A stretch of DNA of 62,410 bases, counting the filler, from Dugesia japonica (lineage: Eukaryota): NCBI GenBank assembly GCA_001938525.1. It is 6 parts of 6 records of this genome, joined end to end, with 100 filler letters (N's around TTAATTAATTAA, not from the genome) between each part and the next. Parts side by side here need not be neighbours in the genome. Positions count along the whole stretch, not along the records: positions 1 to 8,451 come from MQRL01584030.1; positions 8,552 to 18,457 come from MQRL01493930.1; 4 more parts are not named here. One strand, 5' to 3'. Of this stretch, positions 1-12,269 are shown piece by piece. The notes below the pieces were generated by a model. That model searched no databases. It saw nothing but the letters and a program-made list of their open reading frames with translations, and was not told the origin of the DNA. The position numbers and the translations under genes were made by a program. Within the stretch, counting starts at the first letter, position 1; every line of letters starts with the position of its first letter.

Positions 1-1120
1 CCTGGAGGCAAGGAACTGTTCAAATTCCTTTTTTAACACCCCTTCGTTCTCAAATCTTTTCCCATTCAAATAATATTGTAAATGTTTGAATAAATGGAAA
101 TCAGTTGGCGAGAGATCCGGTGAGTACAGTGGGTGTCTCAGAATTTCATAATTTAGGCTCTTCAGTTTATCCATGGTTTGCTTTGCTATATGGAGACGGG
201 AATAGTCATGCAAAAGAATTGGGCCTTTTCAATGCAGGATACATTTTTTTCAACTTTTCTTACATAATATTAATCTCTAGGCAGTATTTATCTTCTGTTA
301 TCGTTTCTCCCTTTTCCAGGAAATCGTAATGAATCACTCCTTTTGAACACCACCATACCGTAACCATCGCCTTTTTTTGTGTTGACTCGGTTTTGGTAAG
401 GACTTTGGAGATTCATGGATGTCTAACCACTGTGTTGAATGTTTTTTATTGTTGTATAGCAACCATTTTTCATCACAAGTTATCAGTCGATGAAGAAAGA
501 CTCGTTTTTCATCCTGAAAATGAGTTCTGAGCAAATGTCATCGCGTTGCATTTTGTTATTTATCGTTAGCTCATGTGGCACCAACGTATCGAGCTTCTTT
601 ATCTTACTTATTTGCTTCACATGACTGGAAACGGTTCCAATACTGACATCTAGATTTTTGGCTAGTTTTCTAATTGTTGTTCGCGTATTCTTTTCCACTA
701 GAGCCTTTAACTCCTTGTCATCAAGTATGGAAGGACGGCCAATTCGTTCCGCATCTTCAAGGGTTAAATCGTTATTGCGGAACTTTTGATACCAACGACG
801 TACTGTTGACTGATTTACAGTACCATGATCCCAAACGTCATTAAATTTTCAAGCAGTTTCAGCTGCTTTTATACCGAGACGGAACTCATAAAAATAAATT
901 TGACGTATATCACGACACGACATTCTACATTAAAAAGGAAAATATATAGTCAAACTTTAATTTAAAAGCAAAACAAATTAATACTTTGAAGAGAGTAGTA
1001 AATAAGCTTTTAAATGATATATAATATTTAATAATATTTAAATAAGTTATTTGAAATATTAATAATTTTCATATATATATATTAACATAAAACATCCAAA
1101 ACTTTCTGAACAACTTAATA
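1..1120 (-). mobile_element. Mariner (DD34D) DNA transposon with a disrupted transposase; 3' end runs off the window
   Basis: Manual minus-strand translation from ATG at ~923: MSCRDIRQIYFYEF...WYQKF...LEDAERIGRPS (HTH), then LVPHEL (WVPHEL variant), TCDEKW and YSPDLSPTDFHLF. Contains stops and frameshifts. A TIR-like end lies near 1090-1120. Confidence 0.92.
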
Positions 1121-1989
1121 TTTCTCCATCATAGTATGACCGTCCCCTTTATGTATTGCATTCCCGCAATATTATTTGTATAATGAAAATTGTTCAAAAA
1201 TGATAAAAACATATAATTTTAGTACAATATATGATGATATTATAATAATTTAATAAAAACTGTTTTATTATTTATGATAAAATAGTATTGGCAAAAAATA
1301 TTTTGAACAGTATTTACAAAAACTAATAAAAAAAATAGAAATTAACGTTTAACATAATCATTTGTATATCCAACATCAACCTCATCACATTTCTGAACTA
1401 ATAATAACTATTAAGTAATAATAAATTTACAATAATCAAATTCTTTCTCTTCCTGTTGCTTTTTCTTTCATTAGAAATAACATTTATCTAAAATTAGAAA
1501 TAAATATTATCAAATAACAATACATTTGCATTATCCATTGTTGTAATGTTTATCCAGTTCTTCATTTTCTTCATATTATTCATATACTAAATAAAATATC
1601 GATAAATATAAAAATAAAAACAATAAGAAAAACAAACTTACGTATCAAAATTTTTCACTTTTTAAAAATAGTTTTATGAAAATTGTGGCAAAAATAATTG
1701 AGTAATAGCTTTTTATACTGCACTAACCAACCATTTGTAATCCGGGAAAACATTAAAATACTACAAAGTAAAAAATTTAAAATACCCCAACGTAATATAT
1801 GTTGTAACAATTTATCAAGACCACAAAGTAATATATTTTATGATACTGCAACGTAACATATTTAGAAAGCGATCTTAGTAACACGTAAACTGTAATTTTT
1901 TTGCATTCGTCTTGCATTCTTATTGCATTATTAGTAACTAAAGACAATTGAAAACAAGATATTCGATTAAATACATTTATTTTTTATAT

Positions 1990-2340
1990 AACAACTGTAC
2001 ATAATATTCAACTATAATGTTGACTTTTCAACCATAATAAGCAATATTGTTCGCAGGTTGTTGTAAATAAATTTTAATAACGAATTCTGTTGTATACTAT
2101 AGGCTTTGATATTCTTGATAGATGTGATACCAACATTGATGGATAATAAAATCTAAAAGGATCAAATACTAGAATATTTGCAGGCTTATTGTAAACCACT
2201 ATACAATGTTCTCCACCAAGATTTGATGTTTGAGTATTAACTGGAAGTTTGTCTAATGGATATACTCCCAACCACGACGATCCCATCAATTTAGATCATA
2301 TTTGATTAATCTGAAAAGAACTAATAAGATTAAAATATTG
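1990..2340 (-). pseudogene. Adenain-type cysteine protease of a Polinton/adintovirus (degraded)
   Basis: LGVYPLDKLP..NTQTSNLGGEHCIVVY...FDPF, then TTTCEQYC in a shifted frame. This matches the NTD..GxHW..FDSFG..CGxYC pattern. Confidence 0.8.
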
Positions 2341-2379
2341 AAATTAAATAAAAAACTTACTTTACAATTTTGTTGTTTG

Positions 2380-3612
2380 GATTATATTAGATATTGTTTA
2401 CACTAGTAATGTTCTATGAGCATTTATTTGGATTTTGCTTCTAAATACTCAATATATTATAACATTTGCTGGCGCAGTCAAAGCTTTAGCAAATTTAATA
2501 TCCAATCTTAGATTTCCTTGTTGAGGCATTTGACTCTAATTTATATCGAAATCCGGAGCCAAAACAAATTTAAAAAATGATGTATTTGCTTTTAAATTCC
2601 TCAAGTGTTATTCCACAATTCATATTCTTTTCCAAATATTCCATATTTTGAACTACACTTTGCATATATGTTGTACTATAATCATCGTTTTCAAAATCTT
2701 GAATATATGTCTCTCGATAATCTATGTTTTTCGATAAAGTTATGGAAGTAGCATTTAAATGTTTAAATGTTGGAGTAAATGTTTTATAATTACCATTATA
2801 TTGATCTCCATTTTGAAATGCAATTAAAAGAAAGTTAGGTTAACGACGATCATCAAATATTTGCTCCTTATAAAATGATGTAGTATCTTTACTAATTGTA
2901 ATCGCAACAATTTCCTTCTTTCTTATCGGATAAATTGCATTTTTCTTATTTAATCTTAATTGATGAAGGTTCAACGCGTACACGCCTAACCATTAATTAA
3001 GCATCTAGTAATATATAAGTAGTTTCATTGGCTGCAGATTCCAAACAAATGTTAGAAGGTGCTCTTTCCAATCGAATGTGAACATTGACACCAGGAATAA
3101 GATCTTTCGGTTGATACATCAAATCTAATTGCCATGAACTACATAAAGACAGTGATTTAGATTTTTTAATAGAAGCTTTTATAATTTCTTCTGATCCATA
3201 CCTCATGTTTGTTAGACAAATATTTTTACTGTCGCCATTATAACTCAATATAGTTTTGATCAATGCATTTTGAATATAGATTTCATTTACATCTTCAATT
3301 TTGTAATTATTAAATGAAAGAATTACATCCTTAAAACGTATATGCAACATATAGTTACTAGGAACTGCATCATGATTGTCAGTCAAATCTTTGCCTGCCT
3401 TATAAAACTACCTTCAGTTTAATAAACAATAAAGTATTATTCAAATCCAAATATTCAGTTTGATATCTATTTATATAAAATTCTACCTCGCTTTTTGATT
3501 TAGAAATTGAATTCATTTGAAACACATCTTCAAATGCAGCATTTTCAATAACTGCTTGAGGTGATGGACCATCAAAAATACATAAGTCAGTTTTACTGCA
3601 AATCATTTTCAA
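2380..3612 (-). pseudogene. Polinton/adintovirus major capsid protein (double jelly-roll), fragmented
   Basis: N-terminus DLCIFDGPSPQAVIE...VEFYI...EYLDLNNTLLFIKLKV; middle LMYQPKDLIPGVNVHIRLER; C-terminus QQGNLRLDIKFAKAL...NVIILSI. All are typical Polinton MCP motifs. Confidence 0.8.
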
Positions 3613-3672
3613 AAATTGTTTGATGTCCTCTCATTCGTTTGTTTATACGGGATGCATTTAATTTTTTACGCT

Positions 3673-4072
3673 TTATATTAATTTTTGCTGTTGCTTTGTT
3701 ATCATATTACTTATTTCCGACGGAATTCTATTTGTTATACTGGATGTTAGCATGTTTGCTACTTTTGGAATCATATTAGTTACTCCACTAGGTAAGAAAG
3801 ACACTACATTACCAAGTTCTGCCAATGCATTAGATTCCAATGTTGGTAATATTTTTCCATTATTGGCTATTACATCTTGAGCAGTTTTCATACCAANNNN
3901 NNNNNNNNNNNNNNNNNNNNNNNNNNNNNNNNNNNNNNNNNNNNNNAAGAGGAAGCGCAAATCTATCTATTGTTTGCAACCAGCAGAAATCATACTTTTT
4001 TCCTACAAAGTAATTCAATTCTTCACCTGCTTCGGTGTTACTGTACAATGATATAATATCAGGATTAGACAT
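3673..4072 (-). pseudogene. Small conserved Polinton virion/core-type ORF (gap-interrupted)
   Basis: GEELNYFVGKKY...RFALPL...G.KTAQDVI, lying between the penton and MCP genes in the usual Polinton position. Confidence 0.5.
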
Positions 4073-5099
4073 TTTTTTCTAAAATGTAAAGTTAAATGTG
4101 ATTTTGTATCTTTTGGAAACTTGATTAATTTTCCGTTATCATCACGAATATTAATTTCTATATTGTTTATACATGTTGTTGCAATCGGTAAATACATTAG
4201 ATTATCAACTATTATTTGTACTCTATCATCAGTTTCATGTTTTTCTATCCAAAATTTCAAAAGAGGGACTTTAACATCTGCTACAATTATACTACTATTG
4301 TTAAAATAGTTGAAAGTTAATTAAAACTACTATAAATGAACATTTGTTGATGCAACTTAATTATTTTTGGATTTCTAACACCTTGCAATATACCATCCTT
4401 CAATTCTGAATGTGAATATTTTTGTTTTTCTAATCCCAATGTTTTTGTCAAGACTTTATCAAATGTAACAGTNNNNNNNNNNNNNNNNNNNNNNNNNNNN
4501 NNNNNNNNNNNNNNNNNNNNNNNNNNNNNNNNNNNNNNNNNNNNNNGCTTTCTGTTAAATATTTACTTAATTCTTCAATTTCTGTTATGTATACTTCATC
4601 TTTTAACTGTATAGTTATGTTTTCCTACTTTAGAATATTCTATTTTAAATTTAACATATTCTATTAGAGAATCTTGTTTAAATGCTGTATGCCTAATAAG
4701 AAAGTATCTAAGATCCATTTGGTTAATCTTATATGATAATCCAAATCTTATTGCATTTATTTCATTTTCAAATATGACAACATATGAATATTCACATTTA
4801 ATAGTTAAATAGCCATTATACGCCAGATAGACATTGTTATTTTCATTNNNNNNNNNNNNNNNNNNNNNNNNNNNNNNNNNNNNNNNNNNNNNNNNNNNNN
4901 NNNNNNNNNNNNNNNNNNNNNNNNNNNNNNNNNNNNNNNNNNNNNNNNNNNNNNNNNNNNNNNNNNNNNNNNNNNNNNNNNNNNNNNNNNNNNNNNNNNN
5001 NNNNNNNAGCTCTACAATGAATTTACTAGCATTATAATTCGGATGAATAAGAATACAGCTATTACTAGATAAAAGTGTATAGAAATTATTCAATGTCAT
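4015..5099 (-). pseudogene. Polinton minor capsid (penton) protein, fragmented
   Basis: N-terminus FYTLLSSNSC..HPNYNASKFIVE (FYVTLPSNSS..YP.N..S.F pattern) and C-terminus YLPI...INNIEINIRDDNGKLIKF...HLTLHFRK. Confidence 0.8.
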
Positions 5100-5104
5100 T
5101 ATTA

Positions 5105-6157
5105 ACTAACTGTGATGCTAATATCCAAGTAGGTTTTTGATATCCATGCCATTTTACATAATATTGTTTATTCTTTTTTGTTCCTTTCGATATTATTATT
5201 TTTTTGATTCAATATATAGTAGGAGGTGGAATGACTTGTAATTCTTGCCCATAAAACTTTCATTGTATGATATTATTCTCATAATCTTTAATTACATACA
5301 TGACTGGATTTTGTTTAGTATTGATTTTCGACATTTGAAACACTTCATCGCTTCAATTACTATCAAAGTTTTTAATGAATGGAGATGCCCTAATTTTTGA
5401 GATTCTAACATGGTCACGGACTTTATATTTTGGTTTCTTACTTGCTTTACTTTGATCACGCGATAACCATAGTTTTAATTGATTGTTTGAACTAACATCA
5501 ACCGGTCATGCACCATTTAAACCTTTATGACTCGAATGATTATAACTACGAATTAATTTTGACAACACATTTATCCAGGTTTTTTACCAGTATGTATAAA
5601 GTATTTTTCAAAGCATCCCTTAATGTGTGATTAAATCTCTCTACATGTGGCGCTTTATACTGAGAAAATACGGTATAATGGTTTATTTTTAGATGCGATA
5701 AAAGATCTTTGATTTTAGAGTTGTAAAATTCATTACCCAAATCTGTTTGTAAATTATCCGTATGTCCATATTTAAACATTGACTTAATTGGCGGTTCCAT
5801 ATCATTAGCCGATTTCGATTTGACTGGAATAGCTCTTGCAAATCGACTGAATACATCAAAACATGTCAAAATATTCTTGTATCGTTTATTTATTTTTTAA
5901 TATGGAATCATCTCCAACAAATCCATTTGCTATAAATCATCAATACCAAATGTTTTATATGCTCTTGTTTGAAATCTTTTCAACATTGTTTTGTTTAAAC
6001 TGTACGCTAGTTGACCCAATAACCACTTTGTAGTTTTTGATTTTTGTGCTGCTTTCATCAATTTTTCTACGCCAATAAAACTTGCGGGATTTTCTGCATC
6101 CGTACATATCGTCCTCAGCTTGCCCATTACAACAATTTGATGAAAATTTNAAATCAA
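5105..6157 (-). pseudogene. Polinton retroviral-type (rve, DDE) integrase, fragmented
   Basis: ENPASFIGVEKL..W....AYSL; DVFSRFARAIPVKSK; LQTDLGNEFYN; KAPHVERFNHTL; C-terminal VKWHGY..PTWI chromo-like tail. Confidence 0.9.
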
Positions 6158-6239
6158 AATTAGTTAATGATTGTAAACCACCCATTGTTTATTTTGAATG
6201 AGTTTATATTAATGCTGTTGCTATAAAACCAACAATTGT

Positions 6240-6509
6240 TTATTTAAAATGAGTTAAGCCAAATGCAACCAATGCAATTGGTAATAATGCAGCTATAAAG
6301 CCACTTTCTTGATTATCTCGTATTACTCGCCTCATAAATTTCTTATTTTTTGTATTTACAAGTGTTAATAGCGTTCTTTTATGTTTTTTCAATACTTCCT
6401 TTCTAGCATTGCTCACATTTACATTTCCGCGTACTATATTTATAATGATTTCAATTAAATCATCCATAACAAACGTTGGAAATGATTTTAAAATTTGAAT
6501 TCTCCCCAA
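6240..6509 (-). CDS. Small Polinton protein with an adenovirus pX-like GF(I/L)xALLP motif
   Basis: EIIINIVRGNV...LKKHKRTLLTL...QESGFIAALLPIAL; collinear with the other Polinton genes. Confidence 0.65.
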   Translation of the reverse strand: MGRIQILKSFPTFVMDDLIEIIINIVRGNVNVSNARKEVLKKHKRTLLTLVNTKNKKFMRRVIRDNQESGFIAALLPIALVAFGLTHFK

Positions 6510-8069
6510 TTTTGAAGATTGAATTATTAATGTAAAAAATAAAATACTTCGTTAGATTTTCATTTCATATTTTAATATAACTTACCCGTACTTGTTTATA
6601 ATGATTTCCATTTTCCGTTTACGTTAGTCATTTTCTTACCATACAGTTTTGAAAGTTTCTTAAATTATTTACAAAAAACTTGTTAAAGCAGATAAATTCT
6701 TTTCCATCGCTGGAGCATTTTAAACAAAAATTAGGTCAAGACTTAGTGATAGTACATTGGAAAATTTGTGTATGCTCACAAGATTCTTCTAAAAGCAAAC
6801 CTAAATTTTTATTTTTAAATATTGAATTTGTTTTGTTTGTTTTCTTTTATTAATACAAAAATAAAATTTTTTTTGTTTACTTTGAAATAAATTTGTGCTG
6901 GTAAACCTCCATTTTGCTCTTGACTTTTTATTTGTCAATGACGGAATTATTCCGGAATACCAAATTTCATCTTACGTAAATCTGAAAATTCCAGAATTCA
7001 GTTTTTGGTTAAAAATAGATTCACTTTTTGAAACTCATAGTTATTGATATTATTATATGAATATAAATATAAAATATGATTTAATAACTATTATTTTAAT
7101 GAAATTTTTATTTTTTCAAATTTTCTTCTGAAATTGTATTAATCTCACTTACTTATTTTTGAAATTTCCATTTTGGGGGCTATAGCTTGTCTTTTCTCAT
7201 TTTGTTCATCTAAACCAATTTCCGGGCTGTCAAATTACAATATTTCTGTCTAATTAACTTAATGGTTTTGCTTTCAAATCATAATCGATGTTAATAATCA
7301 TTTTAACAAATAGTATAAATATTCGTATTGTTTTCATATACTTGCTTACTAGCATTATTTTAGTGTAAATTTTGATTATATTATATTTAATTATTTTTAG
7401 ATAACTAATTAATTTTGTTTTAATTCACCTTTTTTCAGATTTTCTTTGTCTTGTTTATTAATTAATTTCAAAAATGATCAAAATGTAATTTATTGGTTGA
7501 TTTGAACATAAATTATTACTCATCAATAAATACCAACTATTTGGTGTTATTGTTCTTTATATTGGAGCATTTTCTCATAATATTAATATCCACACTTAAG
7601 TAGTCGAAATACATTTTCCTAGAGATATTTCGAAAAACCATTTGAAGCATCTATCGAAGTACTTACTCAGAACATCCAAATCACTTGACCAATCAACCTA
7701 GATAATAATGTTCATGATAAAATCAAATAAAATCAATTTTAACAGAATAATAAATATTTACAATTATATTTTTATTGACCAATCAATAAATGATCGATGC
7801 AATATACTAAGATAATAATGATTGAATAAAAATCAATAAATAACTAAGAAAATTTGATTACATAATTTTTTAGTCCTTTCATAAAACTACACAATTCACA
7901 ACAATCTTCATAATACCGTCAAAGATTGCAATTATAATAATATAAGCATAGATAATCTATCGAATATGTATACTCAATGGTGATATGCAAAGATCTTAAA
8001 TTTCTATAATTAAAGATTTTTTGAGTGAGGAATATTATCACAACGAACTAGGAATTTAATCGAAATTGA

Positions 8070-8213
8070 TTATGAGAATGGTTTATTGACATATTGATCG
8101 AGAATCAGATTTCCATTTTGGTCTTTAACGCGCATTCTACCGGATGCATAATATGTTTCCTGTCTACCATCTGGATAAACCGTTTTTGTAGTTCCGTCTG
8201 GATAGATTCGTTT
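8070..8213 (-). CDS. CENPJ: Terminal coding exon of centriole protein SAS-4/CPAP (TCP/G-box domain end)
   Basis: Not in the ORF track. After a ttttcattttgtaaattcag acceptor it reads [47 protein letters not shown], closely matching the CENPJ C-terminus as I recall it (YPDGTVKTVY..G.QET.Y.SGR.RVKD..GN). Upstream exons are not on this contig. Confidence 0.92.
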   Translation of the reverse strand, partial: KRIYPDGTTKTVYPDGRQETYYASGRMRVKDQNGNLILDQYVNKPFS

Positions 8214-8451
8214 CTGAATTTACAAAATGAAAATTATTCGTATTACAATTAATAATAAATCATAAAAACTTCTTTATATTTATATATTATGCTTTTAGAA
8301 TTGCGTAATCAATTCTAAAGTAATTTAATTCTTTTTTTCATTTTAAAAATTAAAATTTTCATTTCAAAATTTATTTTCTAAAAATTATTTTTTCCATTGA
8401 TCTGTATATTAAACAAATATTTTTTGAAAAACAAATTTCGATAAGTGAAAT

Positions 8452-8551
8452 NNNNNNNNNNNNNNNNNNNNNNNNNNNNNNNNNNNNNNNNNNNNTTAAT
8501 TAATTAANNNNNNNNNNNNNNNNNNNNNNNNNNNNNNNNNNNNNNNNNNNN
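8452..8551. other. Artificial contig spacer 44N-TTAATTAATTAA-44N
   Basis: Exact 100-bp structure; the 12-mer has stops in all six frames. Confidence 0.95.
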
Positions 8552-8601
<50 letters not shown>

Positions 8602-9073
8602 ATTATTATTATGTTATTAAATTATTAGGTTTAATAAATATTATTAATAATTATTAATTAAATTATTTCAATTGAAAATTTCTTTGCCAATTGTTGTGTT
8701 TTTGATCTATTTTTAAAATTTTTTCTATATATATATATGTATTAAAAAGAAATTATTTTTATAATTAATTATAATAAACATTTAAAAACTTCTTTCATTT
8801 CATATTAAAAAACTTTTATTAATATCATTTCGTTTTTTACTAAAATTTTTTTATAATTTAACTTATTGATATTTATATCGACGTTAATTTGTTTATAAAT
8901 TTTAATTATTGTTATTATTGAAAATCTTGGATTTATCTTCTTTAATAAATATTTGTTCATGTGTTTTCTGTGAAGTGTAGAAATGTAGCCTGTTGAACAG
9001 TTTAAATTGCTTTTATTTTAAAACTATATTGGTTTTTTCATATGATAAACAAAAATCAACTTTAATCATTTCT

Positions 9074-10513
9074 CTAACCGCTTGCATCCGTTGCCAGTAT
9101 AAATGGTTTCCTAAAATCTGGTTGTACCAATATNGGTGCCGTCATTAACTTTTCTCGAATTGTTTCAAATGCTTTTTGATGCTCATCTGTCCAGATGAAT
9201 TTTACGTCTTGTTTCACTAGTGATTGAATCTGTCTCACGATTGTCGCAAATCCTTTGATAAATTTTCGATAGTAATTTGCCATACCTAGTAACGCTTGAA
9301 TGTCGTTCACGTTTTTCGGCACAGGTAAATTCTTTATTTTCTCAATATTCATCGGATCCTGTTGTTTTCCTTTGTCTGATATCAGATGCCCCAAATAAGT
9401 CACTTGATTTTTCGCCCATTCACACTTTTTAGGTTTCACTCGTAGTTTCCATTCTCTTATTCGTACAAACACATTCCTCAAATCTTTCAAATGTTCCTCA
9501 AACGTGACTGAAAATAGCAAAAAATCGTCTATATATACAATACACTGAGGTTTACCATGTGCCACAAAATTGATGCATCTCTGAAAGGATTCAGGCGCGT
9601 TTGTCTATCCAAACGGCATTCGCACAAATTGATATAAATCTTTGCCTGCTGAAAATGTGGTTTTCTCTTTGTCTGTTTCCTCTATTTCGATTTGCCAATA
9701 TCCACTCCGCCAATCTAATGTCGTAAATATCTTTGCATTATATAATAACGTTAACATATCATTGATGTCTGGTAACGGATCCTTTTTCGTTTTTGCATTT
9801 AATTGTCTGTAATCAATACAGAATCTCATTGTCCCATCTTTCGTCTTTACTAATACCACTGTAAATTGCCACGGCAAACAACTTGGTTCAATTACTTTAC
9901 ATTTCAACATCTCATCAATTTTCTCCTCACATATTTTCCTGCTTGCCTCTGCCTGTTTGTACGTTTGCAACTTTATTGGTGTTTCGTCTGTTAACACTAT
10001 TGCATGCTTGGTCACCGCGCACGTGCCTAATTCATTGTCTGTCCAAGCAAAATATCTCTGAATTCTTCCAATAATTGCAATAATTTGGTTTTTTCTGCTG
10101 CTGATAAGATAGTTGATTCCACTTTGAACGTTCGATCTACTTCTTCCGAATTTGTCGGAATTCGATTTCCATTCGTTAGCCATTTCTTCTTTTAATTTCT
10201 CATAATGATTACTTACCACATGGTTCATTTCTGCCTCTTTATCTTCCAGTGGGGTTAATACTCCGATTTTGGAATTGGGGAAAATAGTTATATCTTCCTC
10301 TGTTATGTTCAGTACATTCACTGGTACTTTGCCCTCGTCGGACACTTTTACTATTTCCCTTGCTGCGGGCAATTTATATTGTTTCGAAAACCCTTCGTGC
10401 GGTTCAAAAATCATATCCTCTTTACAGTTTGCTCTCGTTTTTGCAATACAAAATACTTGACTTCTCCTTGGTATCACATACTTTTCGTTTGTATATACTT
10501 CGTTATCATCCAC
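9074..10513 (-). pseudogene. Gypsy reverse transcriptase plus start of RNase H, preceded by a dUTPase-like linker
   Basis: VVLVKTKDGTMRFCIDYRQLN, LDWRSGYWQI, RMPFG*TNAPESFQR, YIDD, YLGH, LGMANYYRKFI, PFILATDASG. Ends abruptly at 9074; no integrase follows. Confidence 0.97.
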
Positions 10514-10529
10514 ATATAAATTTTCTCAA

Positions 10530-10860
10530 GAATTTGATATTTTCAATGTGGTCATATCCAAGATTACATTTTTCATCAATAATGGAATTAAATCTGTTCC
10601 CAATATGCAATCTTCACGGATATTCATCACCGTCATTTCATGCGATACTGTTCTCCCTTGATACTCAACTTCACATCGCAATTTGCCATACACTTCTGGT
10701 TGCCATCCATCAGCTAAAAATATATCTGATTTATTCTGTGTAATGTATGGTTACTTGGTCGGTGATATTAGATTATAATTTAATACTAATATTGTTGCTC
10801 CGGTGTCCAACAACGCTGATAGTATCCTACCATCGATTTTTAGGTCTATTAATATTCGAT
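10530..10860 (-). pseudogene. Retropepsin aspartic protease #2
   Basis: IDLKIDGRILSALLDTGATILVL ... (one stop) ... IFLADG ... DCILGTDLI; in frame with RT. Confidence 0.9.
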
Positions 10861-11150
10861 TACCCGCTTCAGAATAATTGTAACACACAAAATCCTTTTT
10901 CTTCGTTCGTCTCCGACAATCTCTTAATAAATACCCCATTAAACCACACACATAACATCGATTCAATTTCTCACATTCCATTTCGGAATGCCCCTTTTTA
11001 TCACAAGTTACACAATGTTTGCCTTTCTTTCGACATTCTTTAGTGGAATGGTCCGGTCTTTGACAATTTATACACCAGTTTGGGCTATTCCCAGCTCTCC
11101 AACATTGACTTGATAAATTACCTCGTTTATCGCAATGTACACATTTTGCC
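10860..11150 (-). pseudogene. Array of 4-5 CCHC-type zinc knuckles (nucleocapsid-like)
   Basis: CVHCDKRGNLSSQC, CINCQRPDHSTKEC, CVTCDKKGHSEMEC, CYVCGLMGYLLRDC and a degenerate CYNYSEAGN. Two keep an intact CX2CX4HX4C. Confidence 0.9.
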
Positions 11151-11199
11151 TGAGTCCTTGTGAACTTGCTTCCATTCGGTTGTTGACACAAATTCAAAT

Positions 11200-11490
11200 A
11201 CAATTTTCCATCAGGAAATAGCCTTCCCATCATATTCAATCCCACAATACAATCAAAAACTAAGTTCGCACATTGCCACACTGCATACTACAATCCAACT
11301 CGCCCACTGTGTTCACGGCTTGTCCGGTTACCGTTATCATTTGAATCCCATCTTTACGCATTCTTGCTTTATCAACTTCATACAGAACGCGTTCGTCAAT
11401 TATTGATCTACACGCTCCTGTATCGATCATACAATCTATTTCCCTACCGTTAATTGTCAATTTTTTGAGTAATATTCTACCACCTGGCAT
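11200..11490 (-). pseudogene. Retropepsin aspartic protease #1
   Basis: LTINGREIDCMIDTGACRSII...MITVTGQAVNTVG, then after a frameshift FDCIVGLNMM (ILGxD-type motif). Confidence 0.88.
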
Positions 11491-12269
11491 TGTCATTGGT
11501 GCAAGGCTTCTAATATCCTTGCCTTTTATCACTTCGCTATCAGATATGATACTAAAATTGGTATCTTCGGGTGGTGCCGTTCCAATAACTTCGTTATCCG
11601 TTATTCCACACAATTTCTTTTTAGCCTCCTGCTCTGCCTCGAAGTCGTACTGTCTGCGTATTCGCTGTAATTCATCATTGGGATAGTAGATTAATTCTCG
11701 ATTTCCTGCATCGTAACCTGAATTCCATAGCTGCTTCCATGCTCTACTGTTCCTCCGTACTCTCCCATTCCCGGATCTGTACTGTAGTTTCTCTTCACTC
11801 CAATATCCGTTTAATTTCTCTTCTTTTTTAGATTGTCATTCGTTTTCGTTTTGATATTTACTAGATTGTTTGTTATTCTCACACCGTTGTACTCTCATTT
11901 GTGGGTGACCATAGCAATCAATTTCACTTCTCTCCTCCTGCTCATAGATATTATCTTTCGCAATATTCCCACCTGATCGTTGATTCTGAAAATTCACTTG
12001 GTAAACTTTTCGTTGCTTCCCATATCCGTAACTCGGTACTACTCCTCGTCTTTGGCGTTTACCATAATAATCATCGTTACTATCGTCACTACTGCTATCT
12101 TGTCGTTTCCGTGGTTTAAATACATCAAAATAGGATGTCTTCCTTGCTTTTCGTTTTCTCATGCCATCGCATACTGCAAGAACTTGTTCAACTATCTGCC
12201 TATCGGTTCCACCTAGTTGACTCAGATATCGCAATAACCTNNNNNNNNNNNNNNNNNNNNTTGAATGAC

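Noticed and set aside
8496-8507. TTAATTAATTAA recurring about every 10 kb as a possible biological motif or repeat array
   Set aside because: Always flanked by exactly 44 Ns on each side; it is an assembly spacer.
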